A stretch of 64,000 nt of DNA. It comes from Macrostomum lignano. Taxonomy: Eukaryota. Where the stretch lies: positions 62,001 to 126,000 of the forward strand of contig NIVC01000414.1 of NCBI GenBank assembly GCA_002269645.1, read 5' to 3'. This document shows positions 36,283 through 47,126 of this stretch, piece by piece. The notes below the pieces were generated by a model, which did not search any database, was not told the origin of the DNA, and saw nothing but the letters and a program-made list of their open reading frames with translations. A program made the position numbers and the translations under genes. Numbering within the stretch: the stretch's first letter is position 1; each line of letters starts with the position of its first letter.

Positions 36283-37985
36283 TGTGGATACATAATAGAT
36301 ACTCATATTTAGGTGTGGATACCTAATAGATACTCATATTTAGGTGTGGATACCTAATAGATACTCATATTTAGGTGTGGATACCTAATAGATACTCATA
36401 TTTAGGTGTGGTTACCTAATAGATACTCATATTTAGGTGTGGTTACCTAATAGATACTCATATTTATGTGTGGATTCCTAATAGATACTCATATTTATGT
36501 GTGGTTACCTAATAGATACTCATATTTATGTGTGGATTCCTAATAGATACTCATATTTAGGTGTGGTTACCTAATAGATACTCATATTTATGTGTGGATT
36601 CCTAATAGATACTCATATTTATGTGTGGTTACCTAATAGATACTCATATTTATGTGTGGATACCTAATAGATACTCATATTTAGGTGTGGTTACCTAATA
36701 GATACTCATATTTAGGTGTGGTTACCTAATAGATACTCATATTTAGCTGTGTGGATTCCTAATAGATACTCATATTTAGGTGTGGATACCTAATAGATAC
36801 TCATATTTAGGTGTGGTTACCTAATAGATACTCATATTTATGTGTGGATTCCTAATAGATACTCATATTTATGTGTGGTTACCTAATAGATACTCATATT
36901 TATGTGTGGATTCCTAATAGATACTCATATTTAGGTGTGGATACCTAATAGATACTCATATTTATGTGTGGATTCCTAATAGATACTCATATTTAGGTGT
37001 GGATACCTAATAGATACTCATATTTATGTGTGGATTCCTAATAGATACTCATATTTAGGTGTGGTTACCTAATAGATACTCATATTTAGGTGTGGTTACC
37101 TAATAGATACTCATATTTATGTGTGGATACCTAATAGATACTCATATTTAGGTGTGGTTACCTAATAGATACTCATATTTAGCTGTGTGGATTCCTAATA
37201 GATACTCATATTTAGGTGTGGATACCTAATAGATACTCATATTTAGCTGTGTGGATTCCTAATAGATACTCATATTTAGCTGTGGTTACCTAAAAGATAC
37301 TCATATTTAGCTGTGTGGATTCCTAATAGATACTCATATTTAGGTGTGGATACCTAATAGATACTCATATTTAGGTGTGGTTACCTAATAGATACTCATA
37401 TTTAGCTGTGTGGATTCCTAATAGATACTCATATTTAGGTGTGGATACCTAATAGATACTCATATTTAGCTGTGTGGATTCCTAATAGATACTCATATTT
37501 AGGTGTGGTTACCTAATAGATACTCATATTTAGCTGTGTGGATTCCTAATAGATACTCATATTTAGGTGTGGTTACCTAATAGATACTCATATTTATGTG
37601 TGGATTCCTAATAGATACTCATATTTATGTGTGGTTACCTAATAGATACTCATATTTAGGTGTGGTTACCTAATAGATACTCATATTTATGTGTGGTTAC
37701 CTAATAGATACTCATATTTAGGTGTGGATTCCTAATAGATACTCATATTTATGTGTGGTTACCTAATAGATACTCATATTTATGTGTGGTTACCTAATAT
37801 ATACTCATATTTATGTGTGGTTACCTAATATATACTCATATTTAAGTGTGGTTACCTAATATATACTCATATTTATGTGTGGTTACCTAATATATACTCA
37901 ATATTTATACGTTGATTCCTAATAGATAATCATTCAGGTGTGGATACCTAATAAATAAACTTATGTTTTGGATGCCTAATAGATA
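36283..37985. repeat. 31-bp tandem repeat (channel intron 1)
   Basis: ATACTCATATTTAGGTGTGGATACCTAATAG, roughly 50 or more units. Confidence 0.96.
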
Positions 37986-38055
37986 CTTAAACTTAGGCTT
38001 TGGATACACAATCACTTCTTAAATTTCGGCTCAAACACCCATTAAACTTGTCCAG

Positions 38056-38286
38056 GAGTTCGAATTCTGGGGCATGTTCGAGCAGGACATTGAGCCCTGC
38101 TGCTGGACGAGTTACAGCCAGGCAGCCGAGTGCAAGGACACTCTGGCGGCCATAGACAGCACCTTTCTGACTGGCAACTGTGCCGTCATGGCCGACGTGT
38201 GGAAAAGCGAGACCAACCAATGGATCCGGTTCCGTAGGCGGATGTGGTCGATCCTGGAGGACCCGGCGGCGTCTCTCATAGCTAGG
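38056..38286 (+). CDS. Shaw: Shaw/Kv3 channel, exon 2
   Basis: Acceptor TGTCCAG; EFEFWGMFEQDIEPCCW completes the HX5CX20CC T1 zinc site; WSILEDP; donor AGG|GTGAGC. Confidence 0.92.
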
Positions 38287-38357
38287 GTGAGCACTTTTTG
38301 GGACTCACTAGCCTCTTATTAGCAACGCCGGGAATCTGATCGTCGCAAAACTTTCAG

Positions 38358-39017
38358 ATCTACGTGTTCGTGTCCATGTTCGTGGTGGTCACCAGCATTG
38401 TGTGCTTCGTGTCGGAGACTTACGAAGCTTTCCGAGTGCCTCTGCCGGGCGCCAACCTGACTATCGGGCCAACCTGCACCACAGCCTGCGGTGTGTACGT
38501 GGACCCGCAGCTCGTGTCAGGCGCCAAGTACTACTCAGATGACGACACGGAGCCGCATCCGGTCCTGCGCTACCTGGACTACTCAATGTTCGTGTTCTTC
38601 ACTCTCGAACTGCTCATGCGTCTGTTCTTTGCGCCGGACTACAGGGCCTACTTCACCGACTTCCTCAACTGGATCGACATCGTCTGCGTTGTCACCCACG
38701 CGGTGTCGCTGTCCTTGAGCTCCATCGAGACGTTGCCGAATTACACGCCAACTCTGGTGAAGACTGTGCTGACTCTGCGGGTGCTGCGAGGCCTTCGAGT
38801 TGTCCGCGTGTTGCGCATCTTCAAGCTGGTGAAGCACTACAACGCTTTTCGGATTCTGGTGTACACCATCAAGATTTCTCTGCGCGAGCTCATGCTCATG
38901 ATTGTGTTCCTGTTCGTTGGAGCAGTCATTTTTGGCTCCATCATTCACCTTGTGGAGAAGGACAGTTTTAGAAACATTCCTTACGGACTGTGGTGGGCTC
39001 TGGTTACCATGACGACG
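38358..39017 (+). CDS. Shaw: Shaw/Kv3 channel, exon 3 (S1-S5, pore helix)
   Basis: Follows a 71-nt intron; S4 LRVLRGLRVVRVLRIFKLVKH; FRNIPYGLWWALVTMTT; donor ACG|GTGAGT. Confidence 0.95.
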
Positions 39018-39593
39018 GTGAGTGGTGGGCAGGGAAACGGTTTAAGCAAGCACTACTATAGTTCTGTTATTGTGAATGCAAGCAATTGCACGGGTGTCTT
39101 GGAAATGCTCTTAAGCCATCGATGCACAGTATGCAGCATGCACTCTTCTCGCGTATGCAGCAACTCTGCTCTAAAAATGGCTCAATAGAACTGCACTACA
39201 CAGTCTTCATGGCTTTTGGGCTGCTGGCTTCCAAAAAAAGACATCTCAGAAGCGAATGGCAGCTGAGCATCTAAAAGCATTCACCTCATACGAGTACTTT
39301 ATTGACGCAATTCGATTGATGACGGACTTCGTTTTAAAGTTCCTAAATGCAGCAATTCCATTGAGATCGCTGGACAGTTTATGTAGTGCCAGACCCTCCA
39401 GACCCTTGACAGTTTCCTAGGAATTTACTTTGTATACAATATCAAAAATACGTTTCTAATAGGAGCAATTCATATTTAGTTACTTCACTCGCAGGTGTTA
39501 CTCATACTGCCGTAATGTGCCCGCAATCATAAAGCTGAATCTCCAGGAACGCCATCACTACACCATCCAAAGAGCTTCGAAAGTCATGGATCG

Positions 39594-40235
39594 AACTCAA
39601 GTTCAAACTCAAGCTCAAACTCAAACTCAAACTCAAACTCAAAATCAAACTCAAACTCAAACTCAAACGCAAGCTCAAACTCAAACTCAAACTCAATCTC
39701 AATCTCAATCTCAAACTCAATCTCAATCTCAATCTCAAACTCAAACTCAATCTCAAACTCAAACTCAATCTCAAACTCAATCTTAAACTCAATCTCAAAC
39801 TCAATCTCAAACTCAAGCTCAAACTCAAACTCAAACTCAAACTCAAAATCAAACTCAAACTCAAACTCAAACGCAAGCTCAAACTCAAACTCAAACTCAA
39901 TCTCAATCTCAATCTCAATCTCAAACTCAATCTCAAACTCAAACTCAAACTCAATCTCAAACTGAATCTCAAACTGAATCTCAAACTCAATCTCAAACTC
40001 AAGCTCAAACTCAAACTCAAACGCAAGCTCAAACTCAAACTGAATCTCAAACTCAAACTCAAACTCAAACTCAAACTCAAGCTCAAACTCAAGCTCAAAC
40101 TCAAACTCAAACTCAAACTCAAACTCAAATTCAAACTCAAGCTCAAACTCAAACTCAAACTCAAACTCAAACTCAAACTCAAACTCAAATTCAAACTCAA
40201 ACTCAAACTCAAGCTCAAACTCAATCTCAAACTCT
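39594..40235. repeat. (CTCAAA/CTCAAT)n hexamer repeat (channel intron 3)
   Basis: Runs almost to the exon-4 acceptor. Confidence 0.95.
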
Positions 40236-40262
40236 AGCTCAGCCTCAACCCCATCTGGCCAG

Positions 40263-40877
40263 GTTGGCTACGGCGACTTCGCTCCGCGCCAGGCCGCGGG
40301 CTACGCCATCGGCTGCGTCTGCGTGATCTTCGGCGTCCTGACCATCGCCTTCACCGTGCCAATCGTGGTGAACAACTTCGCCATGTACTATTCCCACGCG
40401 CAGTCGAGGAACAAGAAGCCCAGAGAGTACTGGCGCATCAAGCGGGTACCGAATAAAGTGGAAGCCGCATCCGGTGAGCAAAAGTCGCCAATTGATGCAA
40501 CGCTGATCACAGCCAGGTCGACAGCGGAGGCGACAATCACTGTGCTGGACTATGAGCTGGACAAGGAGGCTGTTGAGGCCGCTAAGCGGGCACCACCGAC
40601 AGAGGCACAGCTGTACGGGCTGGATTTGGCCGACGCTGTTGGCGGCGGCGACGGCATCGGGTGGAACAACTTCAACGATGACGGTGTCGGCTCGACTGAC
40701 TTCAACAATGCGGACACGCCGACCAGCGGCAAGCAGCCGCCGGGTCCCGAGGCAGCGGCCGCGGCGCCGGCGGGCACCAGGAGGAGCGACAGTGAGATGA
40801 TGAGCGCCGCCGAGGCCAAGAAAATCAAAGCGATTGAGAAGAGCGAGGTCAGTGCCTGCGATTTTGAATGTCCTTAG
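40263..40877 (+). CDS. Shaw: Shaw/Kv3 channel, exon 4 (selectivity filter, S6, C-terminus)
   Basis: Acceptor GCCAG then VGYGDFAP..GVLTIAFTVPIVVNNFAMYYSHA; stop at 40875-40877, or internal donor GAG|GTCAGT at 40848. Confidence 0.93.
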   Translation, partial: VGYGDFAPRQAAGYAIGCVCVIFGVLTIAFTVPIVVNNFAMYYSHAQSRNKKPREYWRIKRVPNKVEAASGEQKSPIDATLITARSTAEATITVLDYELDKEAVEAAKRAPPTEAQLYGLDLADAVGGGDGIGWNNFNDDGVGSTDFNNADTPTSGKQPPGPEAAAAAPAGTRRSDSEMMSAAEAKKIKAIEKSEVSACDFECP

Positions 40878-41717
40878 CCTTCATTGCGCTTACATTTTAC
40901 GATAGCAGAGTTGCTCCTACGAGCGTATGAGTGCAAAGACAAAAAAGACCTTCAAGACAAAAAGAGTACATTGTTAACGATTGTTAACGTTAACGTACAT
41001 TGTCAGGGCCGCTGTGTACACCCAGGGTGAGCGTGTGTACGAGTGCTTGCATGTGTAAAGTATTGGAGCACTTGTATGTCTAAAAAGTGGAAGCGTGTAA
41101 AGGTCATTAATCTGTCACTACGGTATTCTCTCTCTGCACAAGTCTGCAGCCGCTCCAAGCGATCCCATCAACCCACAGTACTCGTAAAACCGATGCAGCT
41201 CGTGGTAAAAAGAGAGAAAAAACAGAAAATCAAAAACGGAGCTAGAGGAAAAAATCACAACAATAGAACAATGAATTCGCTATACTTTTTCTAGTTCAAT
41301 TCATGCTGCCACAAGCCAACGAAGTTGAGTACACGCAAGCCTGCATCAAATGCATTTCTGTTCAATTTCCTTTATTAATATTTTTACAGATAGCTCGTAC
41401 CATGAAAGAGGCGCAGCTTCATGATAAAACAAAATCACGGAAATCAAGTGATTGGGAGAATTTTTCAATTGGAGTTTGAAAATATATTAATCGCAATGCA
41501 TGCGTGCGCACCCCCCAAAATCAATGGGCCTTGAGGTCACAGGCAAAGACTATGTAACATTTTAGTTTTGCCCTGACTGCATGAGAAGTTCAGGGCTGTT
41601 GTACACCCTATATGAGCGCGTGCTTGATTGATAATAACGCAGAGCTGCAGTTTCTTTACACTATTTCGTGTAAGTACATGACGATCATGCAACCTGAACC
41701 AACAAAACCAACTTCAG

Positions 41718-41915
41718 AATGAAGAACGCAGTCGCCAGATGCTGGCCCAGGCGCAGGAGTCGGCGGAGCAGTTGGACAAGGCTCGGGAAGCTCAGGCTGA
41801 GGCCATTGAGCGACGCAAGGCTGCACTGCGGCAAAGGCAGAGAGCCAACCTGGCCCGACTCAATACCGCTAGGAGGCCACCCTTGGATGATGATGAAGAA
41901 GACGCTGGCAACTAG
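41718..41915 (+). CDS. Shaw: Probable terminal exon 5 of the channel (coiled-coil tail)
   Basis: Phase-0 acceptor ACTTCAG; NEERSRQMLAQAQESAEQLDKAREAQAEAIERRKAALRQRQRANLARLNTARRPPLDDDEEDAGN-TAG; GC-rich island in AT-rich flanks. Confidence 0.65.
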   Translation, partial: NEERSRQMLAQAQESAEQLDKAREAQAEAIERRKAALRQRQRANLARLNTARRPPLDDDEEDAGN

Positions 41916-41989
41916 CGAATCTGTTGTAGGCCTGCTTAGCTGTTCAGTGAGGTGAGTTTGGAGCTGTAGTGGTAACATTTCTGAGGCTG

Positions 41990-42575
41990 CAGATGCAGGG
42001 AGACTGAGGATGTAGATGCAGGGAGACTGAGGATGTTGATGCAGGGAGACTGAGGATGTAGATGCAGGGAGACTGAGGATGTAGATGCAGGGAGACTGAG
42101 GATGTAGATGCAGGGAGACTGAGGATGTTGATGCAGGGAGACTGAGGATGTAGATGCAGGGAGACTGAGGATGTAGATGCAGGGAGACTGAGGATGTAGA
42201 TGCAGGGAGACTGAGGATGTAGATGTAGGGAGACTGAGAATGTTGATGTAGGGAGACTAAGAATGTTGATGCAGAGAGACTGAGGCTGTAGATTCAAGGA
42301 GACTGAGAATGTAGATCCAAGGATACTGAGGATGTTGATGCAGGGAGACTGAGGATGTTGATGTAGGGAGACTGAGAATTTAGATCCAAGGATACTGAGG
42401 ATGTTGATGCAGGGAGACTGAGGATGTTGATGTAGGGAGACTGAGGATGTAGATCCAAGGATACTGAGGATGTTGATGCAGGGAGACTGAGGATGTTGAT
42501 GTAGGGAGACTGAGGATGTAGATCCAAGGATACTGAGGATGTTGATGCAGGGAGACTGAGGCTGTACATGTAGAT
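41990..42575. repeat. 23-bp tandem repeat GATGCAGGGAGACTGAGGATGTA
   Basis: Tandem units. Confidence 0.95.
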
Positions 42576-44339
42576 GCAGGGTTTTTTTAATTTTACTTGT
42601 AAGTAAAAATACAGAAATAACATCTTTTTACCGGCCTTTTCTCTCTTCTTTTTAATCTCTCTCCCTTCTTCTTAATCTCTCTCCCTACTTCTCAATCTCT
42701 CTCCCTACTTCCTAATCTCTCTCCCTTCTTTTTAATATCCCTCCCTTCTTCTCAATCGCTTTTCCTTCTTCTCATTCTCTCTCTTCTTTTACATCTCACC
42801 CCGCTTCTCAGCCCCTCTGCTATTTCTTAGCCCCTATCTCCCTTATTCTTAACCTCTTTAAACACTAAACTAACATTTCTTAATAACAAATCTTATTTCA
42901 GCATAGAGCTGTCTATTACGACCTTCAGAAGAACCATGCAAAACTGCACGAATCTGATATTAAAGTTTAGTCCACGAAGCTTAAAGTCCAGTGGCCTTAG
43001 ATTCTTGAACGATTTTAAACTGTCTTTGTTACAATTCATTGATGTTAATTTTTAAACCACAACCCCGTTGCTGTACAATAATTATCTGGCTTAAATAAAC
43101 AAAACACAGTTTTGAGAAAATTGCTTAAGCAAAAGTTTTTGATGGCAAATTAAAAAAATGTTTATTATTAGAACGAAAACTATTAATTCTGCAATACACT
43201 TGTTGGAATCAGCAATAATTATAGTTATAATATAATTTCATAACTATTGTGAGTGAACAAATATATTAATTCGGGCTTAGTATTTTAAATTTGACAATCG
43301 GATAACTTTCACGAAATTGAGGCCAAAACAAAACAGACCCAGTATTAATAATTCTGTTCAATTTTGTTACAATTGCCATATTCTCTACTGATAGTAGGCT
43401 GTCAGTGAGCACAACTTTAACAAAACCCGAGATTGAACAAGCGATGAGAGGAAATCATGCCTTTCTCTACACATATTATGCTTAATAAACAATCTTTAGA
43501 TCCTAAAAAAATATAACTATATTAGTGTACCTCACTGAATCGAAGAATACTGACAAAAAATTTACATCGAACAATCTGTAATAGAATTAATTTGCAGACA
43601 AAATAGATTCGAGTCAAATCATCATGACTAAGTATATAAGAATCGATTAGGCGCATTGTATGTCTGTCGGATATTACTATATGATGATCAATGGCAAGAT
43701 TCTTCTGATAATTAGTTACTGAACGTACTTTTGTTATATTTTGTTATTTCGATTTTTTGTTTATTTATTTTGGAGAGGACACTTGCTTTGACTTTTCCTG
43801 TTATCCGCTGCTTCGGTGTTTTATAATGGCATTGATTTTGGAGTTTGTACTTTTAGAGCCATTAAAATAAGTAGACAAGCGTCTGCCATGTACATTCTCT
43901 GGCGGGAAAGAGGGGTAGAGGGTTATAGAGGGCTGACGTATGCACGCGTGGTCAGCGAGCGTGGGGGTGGGGGTGGGGGGTTGGGACATGGCTGGCCTGG
44001 AGGAGGAGGGTCAGAATGAGAGATTTTAATGTACATTTGTGCCCCTCCCCTGCTATCCGGACCCCAATTAGCTGGTTAGTACTTGCACGAAACAAAACGG
44101 TTTGACTGTCATAACAAACAGATAATATTGTACACACGAATGTACATTGCTTTGACACAACACAACCTGCCTGCCCAAGTTACACAGAGAAAAACAGCCT
44201 TGATTTTCAATTTCCATTTGAAACCATCTGACTTTCAGTTCCTTTTAATTCGAAATTCGAGAGCAAGCTTTTTCTGATCCCCGGATTGATCAAATTTTTG
44301 GATTTGAAATCATGAAATCACAAAATTTTCTAATTTAGT

Positions 44340-44924
44340 TCAGACCAGAGTGTACATATCGATCGAGCTTTCCGCATCCGGGTTCACCACAGTCTGGTAC
44401 AGTTGACTCGCTGACGCCACTTTTGTTGCCGTAGCCGGCGGCGGAGGAGGAGGAGGAGGAGGCACAGGCGTTGCCATGGTGACCGTTGAGTCTCTAGCCA
44501 CAGTGACCTCGGGCAGGTAATTATCGTAGAAGCAGATGGTGTCGAACCTGCCAGCCAGATCACCAGCTAAATTTGCAGTCTCGTGCTCGCTGCTGTGACA
44601 GCTGCTGTAGCACGGCAGCCGGTCGATATTGTCAGCAACTCCGATAATTTCATTGTTGACGCTAAACGTCACCCGTTTGATGGTGCCCGATGCTGTTAGG
44701 GAGTGCTGCGGTGGCGGCTGCGACAGCTGCTGCTGCGGCGGCGGCGGCGGAGGCAGCGACGCTGGCAGCGGCGAAGGCTGCGCTACAGCCGAGTCAAACG
44801 ACGGTCGTCGCTTCCAAACTTCGAAGGAACCGTGAGGACAGGTGCACTGCAACTGGGAGCGCTGCAGCTGCTGCTGCTGGAGCTTTCGAGAGTCTTGAAC
44901 AACTGCCGGAGCTGCGGCTGCACC
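44340..44924 (-). CDS. SH3-domain proline-rich protein, terminal exon (RVxF motif, poly-Pro)
   Basis: Phase-0 acceptor CCTCGCAG matches the donor at 45729; KRRPSF, IKRVTFS, PPPPPPPP; stop TGA 44342-44340. Confidence 0.7.
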   Translation of the reverse strand, partial: GAAAAPAVVQDSRKLQQQQLQRSQLQCTCPHGSFEVWKRRPSFDSAVAQPSPLPASLPPPPPPQQQLSQPPPQHSLTASGTIKRVTFSVNNEIIGVADNIDRLPCYSSCHSSEHETANLAGDLAGRFDTICFYDNYLPEVTVARDSTVTMATPVPPPPPPPPPATATKVASASQLYQTVVNPDAESSIDMYTLV

Positions 44925-44984
44925 CTGCGAGGAGAATATTTGGATCTAAGCTATAAAATTAACAAGAGTATCGTGAATGAGATC

Positions 44985-45660
44985 TCTTTAGTGTCTTGAA
45001 TGAGATCCCTTCAGTACCGTGAATATAAGAGTACTTTAGTGTCGTGAGTGAGATCCCTTCAGTGTTGTGAATGAGATCCCTTCAGTGTTGTGAATGAGAG
45101 TCCTTCAGTGCCGTGAATAAGATACCTTCAGTGTCGTGAATGAGATCCCTTCAGTACCGTGAATGATCGATCCTTTTAGTGTCGTGAATATAAGAGTACT
45201 TTAGTGTCGTAAGTGAGATCCCTTCAGTGCCGTAAATGAGAGTCCTTCAGTTCCGTGAATGAGATCCCTTCAGTGTCGTGAATGAGAGTACTTCAGTGTC
45301 GTGAATGAGAGTACTTCAGTGTCGTGAATGAGAGTACTTCAGTGTCGTGAATGAGAGTACTTCAGTGTGGTGAATGAGAGTACTTCAGTGTCGTGAATGA
45401 GATTACTTCAGTGTCGTGAATGAGAGTACTTCAGTGTCGTGAATGAGAGTACTTCAGTGTCGTGAATGAGAGTACTTCAGTGTCGTGAATGAGAGTACTT
45501 CAGTGTCGTGAATGAGAGTACTTCAGTGTCGTGAATGAGAGTACTTCAGTGTCGTGAATGAGATCCTTCAGTGTCTTGAATGAGATCCCTTCAGTTCCGT
45601 GAATGAGAGTACTTTAACATCGTGAACGAGATCTCTTCAGTGCCGTGAATAAGATACCTT
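44985..45660. repeat. 23-bp tandem repeat GTGTCGTGAATGAGAGTACTTCA (SH3-gene intron)
   Basis: Fills most of intron 44925-45729. Confidence 0.93.
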
Positions 45661-45729
45661 CAGTGTGCTGTGCTACCCCCGCCATCGAGTCTCTCAGTAT
45701 GCAATTGCAATACTTTAGCATTGGATTAC

Positions 45730-47126
45730 CTGGGAATTGGCACGGATGTGACCGTCATCAGAACAGCAATTCAGCTGCTGCTGCTGCTGCTGCTGCTGCA
45801 CCCGCAGCTGGGCCGACGGTGACATGACCATCAACGAGTCGGGACGTTTCTGCGACGATGCCGGGAAGAACAGTCGCGGTGGAGGCGGCGGCGGTTGAGC
45901 CGGTCTCGACGTTTGCGTCTGCGGGGGCGGCGGCGGAGGCGGGGACGGCGTCAGTTGGTCTCCACCTGCGCAGGGCGTCGCCCCGTCGTCCTGGTCGCCC
46001 TCATCGCCGCTGCCGCTATGGTGGTAGTGCAACAGCGCTGTTGTGGTCACCAGTCGACAAGCCGGCGGTGTCGCAGCGGCAGCGGCAGCAGCAGCCGCCG
46101 CGGCAGCCGCGGCAGACGCAGCAGACGAATTGGAGGAACTAGCTTCGTAGTTGCCGGAGTCGGAGCTGCCGCACGCGGATGAATCGTCCCGCGTCGCGTT
46201 GGCCGAGAGCGCAGCGTCGAGATCCCAAGGGAAGCATCGGCGGTATCGATCAAAGCTGGGCACCGCCGGTGGCATGTCGGGTCGATTTTTGCGACGAACA
46301 GGAACGGCAGATAGCCGCAGTTCTGCCGGCGGTTTGCTGCAAACACCCAGCGCCGGTCTACGTGGTAGAGAATGCGCAGGTGCTCGCCAGCCCGAGCAGC
46401 CAGCTCGCGCGGTCCGCCCCCTGGGAAGTCGTAGAGAACTCCAGCTCGAATACCACGAGGTGGCGGTGGCAGCAGGCGAGCTCCGCTCTCCTCCCAGTGC
46501 CGCCGCCTCTGACGCCGGCGCTGCTGCCGCCCCGTTGAGCCGAAAGACGCAGACGAAGATGACGACGTCGAGGATGTTGACGAGTCGTCATCGGTGCTGC
46601 TCGAAGCGGAGAACCGGCGGTGCCTCCTCGGGCAGCGGTCACCCGTGCCCTCATCGGCGCTAGTTGAGCTGCCGTCGCTGTCGTCGCAAATGAGTCGGCT
46701 GGCCGCTCCAGGGCCAGGTGGAAGCCGCTTCGAGTTGGCATCGGCGGTGGTGGCAGTGGTGATGGCAGCACCGGAGCTTCCGGCCGTGGGCGTTGCGAGC
46801 TCCATCAGCTCGAGATCCTCGCTGGAGGCCTGGCTGCCCGTGGCCGACGCCGAAACTGAAAAGTTCAGCAGAGACGGCGGGTCGCTCGACTGTTGAAGCT
46901 TCGACTGTTGCTGCTGCTGCGGCTGCTGCCGCCGCCTGCCTGAGCAGTCGAAGATCGGAGAATGCTGAGCATTGTTCATCGTAGCCGAGCGCGCGTTCTC
47001 TTTTTGCTTCTTTTTCTTCTTCCGTTTTCTAGCTTCGTTATTAGAGGGGCTGTCCTGGTTGTTCAGTATCAGCGGCTGCCGCTGCTGCAGCTGCTGCTGT
47101 TGCCAGGGCAGTCTGAAATTCAACAT
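45730..47126 (-). CDS. SH3-domain protein, large exon with a -1 frame break near 46286-46290
   Basis: GVLYDFPGGGPRELAARAGEHLRILYHVDRRWVFAANRRQNCGYLPFLFV (SH3); the low-complexity coding frame continues in the -1 frame to donor CAG|GTAATC; start codon uncertain (47126 or 46979). Confidence 0.7.

Noticed and set aside
39502-40230. Long ORFs from microsatellites (also 21479-22309, 22744-24614, 51730-52979, 58905-59909)
   Set aside because: Translation artefacts of simple repeats lying in introns or intergenic DNA.
46284-46293. Programmed -1 ribosomal frameshift in the SH3 gene
   Set aside because: A_AAA_ATC does not fit the X_XXY_YYZ slippery heptamer; an indel is more parsimonious.
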